Shown: positions 25,650-34,807 of the stretch, in pieces
Layout of the letters: each line of letters starts with the position of its first letter
How positions within the stretch are numbered: position 1 is the stretch's first letter
Sequence record: NC_050154.1
Origin: Escherichia phage D6
Length of the DNA stretch: 64,000 nucleotides
Reading direction: 5' to 3' (one strand)
The notes under the pieces: model-generated
What the model was told of the DNA's origin: nothing
Database searches by the model: none
What the model saw: only the letters and a program-made list of their open reading frames with translations
Program-made: the position numbers and the translations under genes

Positions 25650-26207
25650 CTAATCTGGATCAACAATAAGTTGTGAAACCTTCGCTGCAAGTCTTATATA
25701 GCGTTCAGCTTCATTTCTGGTGATTTCAAAATCCAGAAAGTGCGCGGCTTCATTTCTTAGCGAGCGAAGCCGTTTTAACAGCAAAGCAGCGGAATCTTCA
25801 AGTTTTCCTTCTTGAATCAACCAGTCAATGAATAGTTCTGGATTCCGTTTCGGCTTTAACCCTCCCTGTATAAAACCAGAGCGCCCGGCAGCCTCCTCTA
25901 CCATCAACCATGACTCCATAATAGCAGCTCTAGGTGAAAAATCAGCAATTCTCTCTAATTGTGCGATTTTATTTATATATTCAGAGTTATTATTACCATT
26001 GTTAATATTTCTATTCCCAACTGATGCTTCTGTTGCTAATACTTCTGCTGCGGTTAGTCCCGCATTAAACTCAGCTTCAGCTACTCCAATCTTGAATCTA
26101 CTCAGACGTACTATTAACTCCTTAATATCAACCCCATACTTATTAACAAACCACACAAACACCAATGGCCATGCAAGAGCTGAAACCAAATCTGTAAATG
26201 ATGACAT
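25650..26207 (-). CDS. Membrane-anchored HEPN-like protein (candidate toxin / abortive-infection effector)
   Basis: 185 aa; ATG start; N-terminal TM helix (LVSALAWPLVFVWFV); C-terminal LRSLRNEAAHF fits the HEPN R-x4-H motif; about 30% GC against ~45% in flanking genes. Confidence 0.4.
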   Translation of the reverse strand: MSSFTDLVSALAWPLVFVWFVNKYGVDIKELIVRLSRFKIGVAEAEFNAGLTAAEVLATEASVGNRNINNGNNNSEYINKIAQLERIADFSPRAAIMESWLMVEEAAGRSGFIQGGLKPKRNPELFIDWLIQEGKLEDSAALLLKRLRSLRNEAAHFLDFEITRNEAERYIRLAAKVSQLIVDPD

Positions 26208-26332
26208 CGGTTATCCTCATTCATTATATTTTCAGCTAGTTTACATATTATTAAACAGGAACAAAAATGAATTATGCGCCCATCTTCAGATATGTGATGA
26301 ACGCACAGAAAGAGCATTAAGTTACATTGATG

Positions 26333-27709
26333 TTACCCAACAGAGGTTGGCTCAAACATAGAAAAAATTAACCCTTTACCTTCGCCAAACTCAGTCTCAA
26401 TTTCATCAGAAACGGCAGATAAAATGCTACGCAGATCGACATCTCCGCCGCCGAACATATCGCCTAACGCTTGTTGTTGGTGAATAAGTTCATCGTTAAT
26501 TTTTTGCGCCAGTTTCTTGAAAGCGGCCCCCATTCGCTTAGCGCTTCGGTTGTTGGCAACAATAAACAGAGCAAGCGCTTCTGCTTCCGGAGTGCTATCT
26601 CCAAACAATCCACGCTGTGCGATCACCTCTTCTACTGCCTGACCGTTATCTTTTGCTTCACGAACAAGGTTAATTGCTTCCTGTAGCGCTGCAATAGCCT
26701 GTTTATCCAGACCATTCAATTGCTCTATACCGTCTACCAGTCCGGTTACCGTGTCATGGTGAACATCGCCAGACAGCGACTGCATTTGCGCAAAATCGCT
26801 GGCTGCCGTATTTAATGCGGTCAGGATATTACGCATTTCCGGATCTGGCTCTTCCGACACCAGCCGAACAAGCCTTTCATCCTTGTACGCTTTGGCAAAA
26901 ATTGCATTCTGGATGCGATCGATAAGCTGTTTCGTGGGACGCCCATCGGCAGTAAGCAAGCCTGCCGTCGCTGTATCGCCAATTTCGCGCAAAAACGCAC
27001 GAATAAACGCATCATTGGACCGCGCCAGCAGATTTCCATCATCTGAAGGATTAAATAGCGCCATGACGCTCTCAGTGAGAAATTGCGCATCCGCATACGC
27101 TTTTTCACTTGCTGCCATCTCTTGCAGATCGCTAATGTTTGAATCGCGGGCAAATTGAGCGCGGTCTACATCTGTGAGTCTTTCTCGCACCAGTACGGGC
27201 ATAGACATTTGCGAAATTTCGTCAGGATTCAGACCAAACTCTTTCGCATGGTCGATCAGGTACTGGCGATACTCATCCGCCTGTCCTTGCTCATAGGCAC
27301 GCCAGATACCCATACTCCTTCCGTTGCCGGATTCAACAACGTTGTCCGGACCAACTATCGGCGCTCCGTGGCTGCTCATACCGGAATCCATTAATTGTGC
27401 CGGGCGTAAATCGGAGGCAATACGGTTAACCTGGAGTTTGCTGGATAGCCGGGTACGATCTCGTGGTTGGAGTTCTTCCGGGAAGGCCGGGTTAATCGTA
27501 CCGTCAAGGTTGTTCGAAATGATCAGACTGCTGGCATCAACGACCTTAAAAGCCGTCTTTACCTCTGCACCTTTGCTGGTGACTACGTAGCTACTTCGCC
27601 CCAGGCGTGTTTCTTTCCTCTCTAATGAAGAAACCAGAGCAATGACGCTGTTAATATCTGCGGCCTCGGAAAGCGCAGAAGTAACTGATTTGTTCAAAAT
27701 ACACTCCAA
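26333..27709 (-). CDS. Hypothetical virion-associated protein (Ddr-like position)
   Basis: 458-aa ORF downstream of the darA-like gene. Confidence 0.3.
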   Translation of the reverse strand: MECILNKSVTSALSEAADINSVIALVSSLERKETRLGRSSYVVTSKGAEVKTAFKVVDASSLIISNNLDGTINPAFPEELQPRDRTRLSSKLQVNRIASDLRPAQLMDSGMSSHGAPIVGPDNVVESGNGRSMGIWRAYEQGQADEYRQYLIDHAKEFGLNPDEISQMSMPVLVRERLTDVDRAQFARDSNISDLQEMAASEKAYADAQFLTESVMALFNPSDDGNLLARSNDAFIRAFLREIGDTATAGLLTADGRPTKQLIDRIQNAIFAKAYKDERLVRLVSEEPDPEMRNILTALNTAASDFAQMQSLSGDVHHDTVTGLVDGIEQLNGLDKQAIAALQEAINLVREAKDNGQAVEEVIAQRGLFGDSTPEAEALALFIVANNRSAKRMGAAFKKLAQKINDELIHQQQALGDMFGGGDVDLRSILSAVSDEIETEFGEGKGLIFSMFEPTSVG

Positions 27710-27791
27710 CTATAGAGAAAGCTGTGAGTGTAAAAAGAGTGTGATTTATGTGAGAACAGAGAAGTGAAAGGGGCATTTCACCCCCTTTTGA

Positions 27792-28166
27792 TTACCCGGC
27801 ATAACCGTTGGCTTTCACCCAGCTTATGGTCTGCTCTTTAGCCTGCTCCAACGTAAGGAATTCACCAACATAGTTTGAGATCCCACGCAGCGCATCAATA
27901 AATTCCATTTGTGTGGACTTTGTGAACACGCCGCCCAGGAAGTCAGTCACTATCTTAGGAACTTCATCTGCAACAGGATCAGACTGTGGTTGTGGTTGCG
28001 GTTCCGACATCGGTTGAGCGGCAGTACCCAACCCCAGTTTAAGCATCAGATCAACAATCTGCTTACCAATGGCGACGCGTTGTAATACTGGCGCGGTTTT
28101 CTGCGCCTGCATTAAATCTGATAGCTCTTTACCCAATTTCAGACGGTCTAAAACAGAGATAGTCAT
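27792..28166 (-). CDS. Hypothetical protein (DdrA-like position)
   Basis: 124 aa, start/stop coupled to the darA-like gene. Confidence 0.3.
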   Translation of the reverse strand: MTISVLDRLKLGKELSDLMQAQKTAPVLQRVAIGKQIVDLMLKLGLGTAAQPMSEPQPQPQSDPVADEVPKIVTDFLGGVFTKSTQMEFIDALRGISNYVGEFLTLEQAKEQTISWVKANGYAG

Positions 28167-30142
28167 TAAGCACCTCCCTGCTGAATTTCAGCCAGAATGT
28201 TGATCAGGTAGTCAACTGCTGCGCCAACCGTTGATTCGTTCTCGTCGTATCGACCAGCACTGATAAGAGCGTTTGCAGCTTCCTGCACATGGTCAAGTTC
28301 GGCACTGATTACCGTCAGATCGCGAGATGTAAACTGCACCGGGACGGATTTAAGGTACTCCAACGCTTTATCTGCTTCCTGATCAGCTTCAGTTGCCGCT
28401 TCTTCAGCGTCTTCCGGCGTTGGCTGTTGCTCTGGTGCTGTTTGTGGGTGTGATTCTGGCTCAACTACAGGTGCTAATTCAGGATCTGGCGTTACTTCGT
28501 TTGAATGATTTTGAAGGGCGTTATATACGTCCATAATGAAAAGGTTCTCCCCATCACCAAGTGGATACGCCACGTTTGGAAACGCTTTGCGGAAAAGAAT
28601 TTTCACTTGCGCCTTGAATGTTTTCAGGTCACTGCCAAACAGGTCTACATAGCCATCAATATGTTTCGACATGCTGGACACAACCAATTGGCCTGCAAAA
28701 TCTTTCAGCTCATCTTCATCAGGAAGATAGAGCAACTCGTACTGGCTGACTTCTTCATCTGTCAGTTTACGGTCATACGTAATGATACCGTGACGAGCAT
28801 ATTCGTAATACTGATCAGCCTGGTCAGGACGATCAAGCACGGCTTTATTTCCATCCGGCACAGCACCAACACCAGCCGGGCGAGATAGAAGTGCATAGTG
28901 GTATTTACCTACATCCTGGCTCTCTGGTTGTGATACTGGGTTCGTCTCGGGGTCTGTCTGTGGTGGTTCGGGGTCTTCCTGCTGGCCTGGTAACACATCA
29001 ACTTTATATTTATCTGCGTTATGCTCTCGGTAGGCTTTAAGTAATTTGGTTGCAGCATCTGCCAAACTGCCTCCTTTGACAGCACTGGCATTAATACTGA
29101 ATTTACCTTCAGGTGCTACTATCGTAACGAAATTGTCACTGCCGGACGTGACATAATTAACTTCAGCGCCATTATCCAGCACTGTTTTTCCGTCAATGGC
29201 AAGATTATGTTTTACATGTCGCAGCTGGTCGCTAAACGCTCGTTCTTTCGTTTTTTCACCTTTAGCAGACAACAATTTATCGCGTGTTGCTTGTAATTCC
29301 TCGTTGATGGCTTTCTGGGCATCAAGTTTTTTTTGCATCTCCGTAAGAGCAGCACGCTTTTCAGTCAGCCCACGTTGCGCAACTTCCACCTGATCAATCA
29401 TTATTGACCGTTCTTCTGCCAGTTTATCTGCTTCATTGAGATAACTCTCAATATCTGCCTTCATTTTGTCCTGGCGCTCTTTTGCTTTCTTAAATTTTTC
29501 GCTGTTACGCTCAATCAAATTAGATAGCGCCTGGCATACCTGGCTTAAAGAAACATCTCTCCCACCAATCGGGGCGACAACGTGAGTTACGTTACGCTTA
29601 TTAAGTAAAAACTGAAATGCAACAAGCTCGTCGTTACTCTTTATTTTTGCCCCGTCAGCTGTTGGAGAGTGGAAAATTATGCTTGTACTCTGCCCGTCAG
29701 TAAGCGGTATCTGCGCGGTCAAAACAGGGATATTAGCTACCCGACGTACACGACCGATAATCGCACCACCAATACAATTACGTCCATTTTCATCGGTCCC
29801 AGCTTCATCAGTCCCTGCCATAATATTCGTACCATTCAGGCCACGATTCAGCGCACGGACGAAAGCTCGCATTGTTTGAGCTAACCGAATTCTGGTTGTA
29901 GTTATGGACTCAAACATAGCTTCGTCAGACACAACCAGAATTTCATTGCCCATATAGGCAAGCTCAATATCTTCTAAGGTCGCCGCCTCAAAAATCAGGT
30001 CATCTTCGCTTAATTCTTCTGAAGACCAGCGACTTGGCATATAGCCGGGGATCGTATCAGCAAAAGTAGACTGAATATTAATTCGTAAAGGATTGTTAAT
30101 CATGCTCATCCTCCAGGCGCGCGATTTCTTCTTTAAGAGCAC
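28166..30142 (-). CDS. DarA-like antirestriction/head-internal protein
   Basis: 658 aa (P1 DarA ~639 aa); downstream of holin/antiholin-like genes as in the P1 lydA-lydB-darA operon; acidic Pro/Glu-rich segments. Confidence 0.4.
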   Translation of the reverse strand: MLLKKKSRAWRMSMINNPLRINIQSTFADTIPGYMPSRWSSEELSEDDLIFEAATLEDIELAYMGNEILVVSDEAMFESITTTRIRLAQTMRAFVRALNRGLNGTNIMAGTDEAGTDENGRNCIGGAIIGRVRRVANIPVLTAQIPLTDGQSTSIIFHSPTADGAKIKSNDELVAFQFLLNKRNVTHVVAPIGGRDVSLSQVCQALSNLIERNSEKFKKAKERQDKMKADIESYLNEADKLAEERSIMIDQVEVAQRGLTEKRAALTEMQKKLDAQKAINEELQATRDKLLSAKGEKTKERAFSDQLRHVKHNLAIDGKTVLDNGAEVNYVTSGSDNFVTIVAPEGKFSINASAVKGGSLADAATKLLKAYREHNADKYKVDVLPGQQEDPEPPQTDPETNPVSQPESQDVGKYHYALLSRPAGVGAVPDGNKAVLDRPDQADQYYEYARHGIITYDRKLTDEEVSQYELLYLPDEDELKDFAGQLVVSSMSKHIDGYVDLFGSDLKTFKAQVKILFRKAFPNVAYPLGDGENLFIMDVYNALQNHSNEVTPDPELAPVVEPESHPQTAPEQQPTPEDAEEAATEADQEADKALEYLKSVPVQFTSRDLTVISAELDHVQEAANALISAGRYDENESTVGAAVDYLINILAEIQQGGA

Positions 30143-30731
30143 GTGTCTTAGCTACTTCCTGAGACAAGGCAGCTTTAACATTACCCGTATCTTGCATTAC
30201 TTTGTCTGACTTGCTCTGGAGTTTAGACAGTTTGTCGTTAGCATTAGCGATATCTTCACGGAGTGCATCACGTGATTCTTTCGCTTCAGCTAATTTCTGA
30301 GCGTTAGATTTAACTCCCTGCCGCTTCTTATTTCCGTCATCAATATTTTTTGCTGCACGAGCAAGTTTTCGAGCTAATGACTTCTGGAAAGAAGTTGCTC
30401 CACGATTAAATAAAGCCGCAAGAGATTGCCCCAAAGCCGACATTGTTTTTACTGGCTTGAACGGTACTGTTTTACCATTCAGTTTGATCCCAGATATATC
30501 ACCGGTATCGTTAACCTGAACTTCCATTGTCTGTTCATCAATACCAATAAGGGTAAACGTGCGCGTCATGATCCCATCTTTCTTCCTGCCATTACTTGCA
30601 GGGATCACCCTCGCTATCTTGTAACCACCTTTGCTGATTTCTTTGACGAGTTTTGACAGCCCCTTTTCGTTTAACTCATCATAATTAAGAAGAACATAAT
30701 TATTTTTATTTGACATCCCAGTCTCCTTCAC
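30096..30731 (-). CDS. Hypothetical protein (Hdf-like position), coiled-coil C-terminus
   Basis: 211-aa ORF between antiholin-like and darA-like genes. Confidence 0.3.
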   Translation of the reverse strand: MKETGMSNKNNYVLLNYDELNEKGLSKLVKEISKGGYKIARVIPASNGRKKDGIMTRTFTLIGIDEQTMEVQVNDTGDISGIKLNGKTVPFKPVKTMSALGQSLAALFNRGATSFQKSLARKLARAAKNIDDGNKKRQGVKSNAQKLAEAKESRDALREDIANANDKLSKLQSKSDKVMQDTGNVKAALSQEVAKTRALKEEIARLEDEHD

Positions 30732-31152
30732 GCTTTTCGATCGTAAACTGGCGCTCTATGCAGTCATTGATAGGGAAAATGCGATAAAGCGGATTCAGTC
30801 GGCAGTTACCGTTAGTCAATGTGACTTTCAGATCCCACTTCGTTGGCTCAAGATATTTCGTATCGATGAGCAAATACTCTTCTCTCTCACCGCGTTTTGA
30901 GGCGTCAACTGGTCGCGTTTTCCCTGAAATAACCACAGATGGATTTTTCAGGTCTTGCAACCAATATTCGATTTGAGCATTGCTCACCCAGCTTCGCTTA
31001 ACACGTAGCGAAACAGGAAATGCTATAGCGGATTCTTTCACTACAGCGTCACCAATACTCAAAATCTCAACACTCTTGCGACGAAAAATGAAACGGTCAA
31101 TGATGGCAACAAATGCCATGATAAAAATGAAATAATTTCCAAAGTTACCCAT
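30706..31152 (-). CDS. Antiholin-like protein (LydB-like), one N-terminal TM segment
   Basis: 148 aa; N-terminal hydrophobic helix; directly follows the holin-like gene. Confidence 0.35.
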   Translation of the reverse strand: MGNFGNYFIFIMAFVAIIDRFIFRRKSVEILSIGDAVVKESAIAFPVSLRVKRSWVSNAQIEYWLQDLKNPSVVISGKTRPVDASKRGEREEYLLIDTKYLEPTKWDLKVTLTNGNCRLNPLYRIFPINDCIERQFTIEKREGDWDVK

Positions 31153-31478
31153 TATTTCTCTCCACCTTTTCCCCCATTCGCTATTACGCTTAAGAGATTC
31201 AAGACGTTACTAGCTCTGGACTTCAAGCCCTGTAAAATTTCACTACCGTTGTTACTGGCAATCAGAACAACGCAGAAAATGATACCTTCAGGCCATTCTT
31301 GGCTAACCGCCACCCCATACCCCGCAAGCCCGGCTGTTACCGCAGTAAACAATTCACTCGCAAGATTGAGCAGGGACGCAGAAATGCGCCCGTCTCTAAC
31401 TCCGAGAAGGAATACGCCGGTTCCACTTAGTAGGGATGTTATGACTACTACAGCCAGATTTTCATAATCTGCAAACAT
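31152..31478 (-). CDS. Holin-like protein (LydA-like), three predicted TM segments
   Basis: 108 aa with three hydrophobic helices and a charged C-terminus. Confidence 0.45.
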   Translation of the reverse strand: MFADYENLAVVVITSLLSGTGVFLLGVRDGRISASLLNLASELFTAVTAGLAGYGVAVSQEWPEGIIFCVVLIASNNGSEILQGLKSRASNVLNLLSVIANGGKGGEK

Positions 31479-31556
31479 ACCCCTCCAGAAATAACATCTA
31501 ATGCGCCACTAACTTAGTCAGTTTGTTATTTCCTTACAGGACATCTTCTAGAATCT

Positions 31557-31579
31557 CCCCCCTTAACATACAAGGGGGG
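31557..31579. promoter_or_regulatory. GC-rich palindrome that would sequester the cin RBS
   Basis: cccccctt-aacatac-aagggggg; the GGGGGG run is the only SD-like sequence, 5 nt before the cin ATG. Confidence 0.35.
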
Positions 31580-31583
31580 ACAT

Positions 31584-32144
31584 ATGCTTATTGGATACAT
31601 TCGCGTATCAACTAATGACCAAAACACCGCTTTACAACGAAACGCCCTTGAAAGCGCAGGATGTGAGCTAATTTTTGAGGATAAGGCGAGCGGCAAAAAG
31701 GCTGAACGCCCAGGGTTAAAAAAGGTTCTGCGTATTCTTTCCAGAGGTGACACCCTGGTCGTATGGAAGTTAGATCGCCTTGGGCGCAGCATGCGTCACT
31801 TGGTTGTGCTGGTGGAAGAGCTGCGTGACAGAGGCATTAACTTCCGGAGTCTCACTGACTCCATCGACACCAGTACACCAATGGGGCGCTTTTTCTTTCA
31901 CGTAATGGGTGCGCTGGCAGAAATGGAACGTGAGCTTATCATTGAACGTACACGCGCTGGACTTGATGCAGCTCGCGCAGAAGGTCGTATAGGTGGGCGT
32001 CGGCCTAAATACCAAGAAGAAACATGGCAGCAAATGCGGCGATTGCTGGAGAAGGGCATCCCTCGTAAGCAGGTTGCAATCATCTATGATGTGGCTGTTT
32101 CCACGCTTTATAAGAAGTTTCCGGCATCATCATTTCAATCCTAA
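31584..32144 (+). CDS. cin: Cin-type serine DNA invertase
   Basis: 186 aa; near-identical N-terminus to P1 Cin/Mu Gin/Hin (MLIGYIRVSTNDQNT ... GDTLVVWKLDRLGRS); catalytic Ser in RVSTNDQ. Confidence 0.9.
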   Translation: MLIGYIRVSTNDQNTALQRNALESAGCELIFEDKASGKKAERPGLKKVLRILSRGDTLVVWKLDRLGRSMRHLVVLVEELRDRGINFRSLTDSIDTSTPMGRFFFHVMGALAEMERELIIERTRAGLDAARAEGRIGGRRPKYQEETWQQMRRLLEKGIPRKQVAIIYDVAVSTLYKKFPASSFQS

Positions 32145-32160
32145 ACCTTGGTTTAAGAGA
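32135..32160. promoter_or_regulatory. cix-type crossover site (left)
   Basis: aaaccttggtttaagagaa with AACCTTGGTT centre typical of cix/gix/hix sites; overlaps the cin stop codon. Confidence 0.6.
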
Positions 32161-32762
32161 ACTCGGTACCAGTGGTGAAAAGATCCCCCTGTTGAGTACG
32201 GCTAACACATGGAGTGCGCGCCAGACTTTCAATGGCGGGATCACCGGGGCGCTGATAGGGAACGCCGACACCGCGACGAAATTGAAAACAGCCATAAACA
32301 TTAATGGCGTCAGGTTCGATGGTTCGGCTGACATTAATATCAATACTCTGGTATCGCGTGGTCGCGTAACGGCTCTGGGGGCGAATGCACAGGGGACATC
32401 CGGGATTCAGCTGTATGAGGCATACAACAATGGCTATCCTTCCCCCTATGGCAATGTGCTTCACCTTAAAGGTGCCACCGCTGCTGGCGAAGGTGAATTA
32501 TTCATTGGCTGGAGTGTCTCGAGCGGTGACCATGCGCCCGTACATATCCGTTCGCGGCGTGATATTGATTCTGCCAACTGGTCTGAATGGGCACAGGTCT
32601 ATACGTCAAAAGATTCAGTTCCCGGCGTTAATGCCAAAGGGAATCAGGATACCTCTGGTAATGCGGCTACAGCGACCAAATTGCAGACGGCGTGTACTAT
32701 CAACGGTGTCTCGTTTGATGGTTCTAAAAACATTGAGCTAACGGCGGAAGATTTAAATCTTG
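32146..32762. repeat. Left inverted repeat of the C segment
   Basis: Encodes LLSTANTWSARQTFNGGITGAL ... ELTAEDLNL, mirrored at 35800..36413. Confidence 0.8.
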
Positions 32763-33712
32763 AGCAAACCGTAGAATTAGCCGCAGGAGCATTGCAGAAA
32801 AACCAGAACGGTGCAGATATTCCGAATAAAGATAAATTCATACAAAACACAGGGGCCTGTCGTGCATTTAGCGGTCAGACTGATATCGATGGTTCACAAG
32901 GTGAATGGTCGACAGTTGCATTTATCTCGTGGCTGGAGAATAACGGAGCTTTCCGACATCCATACTGGATGTGTAAAGGGTCATGGTCCTATGCCAGAAA
33001 CAGGGTTATTACGGATACCGGTTGTGGAAATATCTGCCTTGCCGGAGCCGTGATTGAGGTTATGGGAACCCGCGGCGCAATGACCATACGCGTTACCACG
33101 CCGAGCACGTCCAGCGGTGGCGGAATCACTAACGCTCAATTCACTTATATTAATCATGGTGATGCTTACGCTCCTGGCTGGCGACGAGACTACAACACGA
33201 AAAACCAGCAGCCTGCATTTGCTTTAGGGCAAACAGGACGCAGGGTCGCAAATGATAAAGCTGTTGGCTGGAACTGGAATAGCGGCGTTTATGATGCAGA
33301 TATCAGTGGCGCATCGACATTAATCCTCCACTTTAATATGAATGCGGGGAGTTGCCCTGCTGTACAGTTCCGCGTGAATTACAGAAATGGCGGTATCTTT
33401 TATCGTTCAGCGCGTGATGGTTATGGCTTTGAAGCTAACTGGTCAGAGTTTTACACCACAACACGCAAACCCTCTGCGGGAGATGTTGGTGCATATACGC
33501 AGGCAGAATGTAACTCAAGGTTTATTACAGGTATTCGCCTTGGCGGTCTGTCATCTGTTCAGACATGGAATGGTCCTGGCTGGTCTGACAGGTCAGGTTA
33601 TGTCGTTACTGGTTCAGTTAACGGAAACCGTGATGAATTAATTGATACAACTCAGGCAAGGCCAATTCAGTATTGCATTAATGGAACGTGGTATAACGCG
33701 GGGAGTATTTAA
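32192..33712 (+). CDS. Alternative tail-fibre variable segment Sv' (promoterless, silent in this orientation)
   Basis: Shares the N-terminal ~200 aa with the S variable part and then diverges; no independent start codon. Confidence 0.7.
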   Translation: MSTANTWSARQTFNGGITGALIGNADTATKLKTAININGVRFDGSADININTLVSRGRVTALGANAQGTSGIQLYEAYNNGYPSPYGNVLHLKGATAAGEGELFIGWSVSSGDHAPVHIRSRRDIDSANWSEWAQVYTSKDSVPGVNAKGNQDTSGNAATATKLQTACTINGVSFDGSKNIELTAEDLNLEQTVELAAGALQKNQNGADIPNKDKFIQNTGACRAFSGQTDIDGSQGEWSTVAFISWLENNGAFRHPYWMCKGSWSYARNRVITDTGCGNICLAGAVIEVMGTRGAMTIRVTTPSTSSGGGITNAQFTYINHGDAYAPGWRRDYNTKNQQPAFALGQTGRRVANDKAVGWNWNSGVYDADISGASTLILHFNMNAGSCPAVQFRVNYRNGGIFYRSARDGYGFEANWSEFYTTTRKPSAGDVGAYTQAECNSRFITGIRLGGLSSVQTWNGPGWSDRSGYVVTGSVNGNRDELIDTTQARPIQYCINGTWYNAGSI

Positions 33713-33714
33713 TT

Positions 33715-34248
33715 ATGATGCACTTAAAAAATATTACTGCTGGCAACCCTAAAACAAAAGAGCAATACCAGCTAACAAAGCAATTTAACATCAAATGGCT
33801 TTATTCAGATGATGGAAAAAACTGGTATGAGGAACAAAAGAATTTCCGGCCAGACACTTTGAAAATGGTCTATGACCATAACGGCGTTATTATTTGTATT
33901 GAAAAGGATGTTTCAGCAATTAATCCGGAAGGCGCAAGCGTCGTTGAATTACCTGATATTACAGCAAATCGCCGGGCTGATATTTCGGGTAAATGGATGT
34001 TCAAAGATGGCGTAGTGATAAAGCGAACTTATACCGAGGAGGAACAGAGGCAGCAGGCAGAGAATGAAAAGCAAAGCCTGTTGCAACTTGTCAGGGATAA
34101 AACCCAGCTATGGGACTCACAGCTACGGCTGGGTATCATTTCCGACGAGAATAAACAAAAATTAACCGAGTGGATGCTCTATGCGCAGAAGGTCGAATCC
34201 ACAGACACCTCCAGCCTGCCAGTAACGTTTCCAGAACAACCAGAATGA
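33715..34248 (+). CDS. Tail-fibre assembly protein U' (silent alternative)
   Basis: 177 aa; highly similar to the minus-strand U ([22 protein letters not shown] ...). Confidence 0.75.
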   Translation: MMHLKNITAGNPKTKEQYQLTKQFNIKWLYSDDGKNWYEEQKNFRPDTLKMVYDHNGVIICIEKDVSAINPEGASVVELPDITANRRADISGKWMFKDGVVIKRTYTEEEQRQQAENEKQSLLQLVRDKTQLWDSQLRLGIISDENKQKLTEWMLYAQKVESTDTSSLPVTFPEQPE

Positions 34249-34251
34249 AAC

Positions 34252-34278
34252 AAGGCCCGCTATCGGGCCTTAATTTTT
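34252..34278. terminator. Bidirectional hairpin between convergent U' and U
   Basis: ggcccg-ctat-cgggcc followed by T-rich tract. Confidence 0.5.
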
Positions 34279-34807
34279 ATTCAGGCTTTTGTGGCCATTC
34301 AGGATTTGCCGTATCCACACGGCTGACCAGAACACTGTAGCGTTCCCATGACTCCAGTCGTGCGCGTTCCTCATCCGTCGCCATATTCAGTCTGACAGCG
34401 CGTTCCAGTGGCTGAATAACGTTTTCTGCTTCGGAAAGTAACGCGGCCTTTTGTGATTCGGCCTGTTGTTGTTGCTCGTCTGCCGTATAAATCCGTTTAA
34501 CCACAGCTCCGTCCTTAAACATCCACTTCCCTGAATCATCGGCACGACGATTGGCTGTTATATCTGGAATCTCAACGACGCTAAAGCCTTCGGGATTAAG
34601 CGTTGAGGCATCTTTGGTTATGGCAACAATAATATTATTTTCGTCGTATACAATCTTTATGGTGTCGTCCTGAAAGTTATTTACTTCTTCATACCAGTTT
34701 TTACCGTCTTCGGACCATAACCAGATAACATCAAAATTCTTTGTTAGCTGATATTGTTCTTTCGTTTTAGGATTTCCAGACTTAATATTTTTTAAATGCT
34801 GCATCAT
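34277..34807 (-). CDS. U: Tail-fibre assembly protein U (expressed orientation)
   Basis: 176 aa Tfa-like protein directly downstream of S. Confidence 0.75.
   Translation of the reverse strand: MMQHLKNIKSGNPKTKEQYQLTKNFDVIWLWSEDGKNWYEEVNNFQDDTIKIVYDENNIIVAITKDASTLNPEGFSVVEIPDITANRRADDSGKWMFKDGAVVKRIYTADEQQQQAESQKAALLSEAENVIQPLERAVRLNMATDEERARLESWERYSVLVSRVDTANPEWPQKPE

Noticed and set aside
31584-32144. Integrase marking a chromosomal prophage boundary
   Set aside because: The 186-aa serine recombinase is a Cin/Gin/Hin-type invertase next to its invertible segment. No tyrosine integrase or att-like duplication was seen, consistent with a plasmid prophage.
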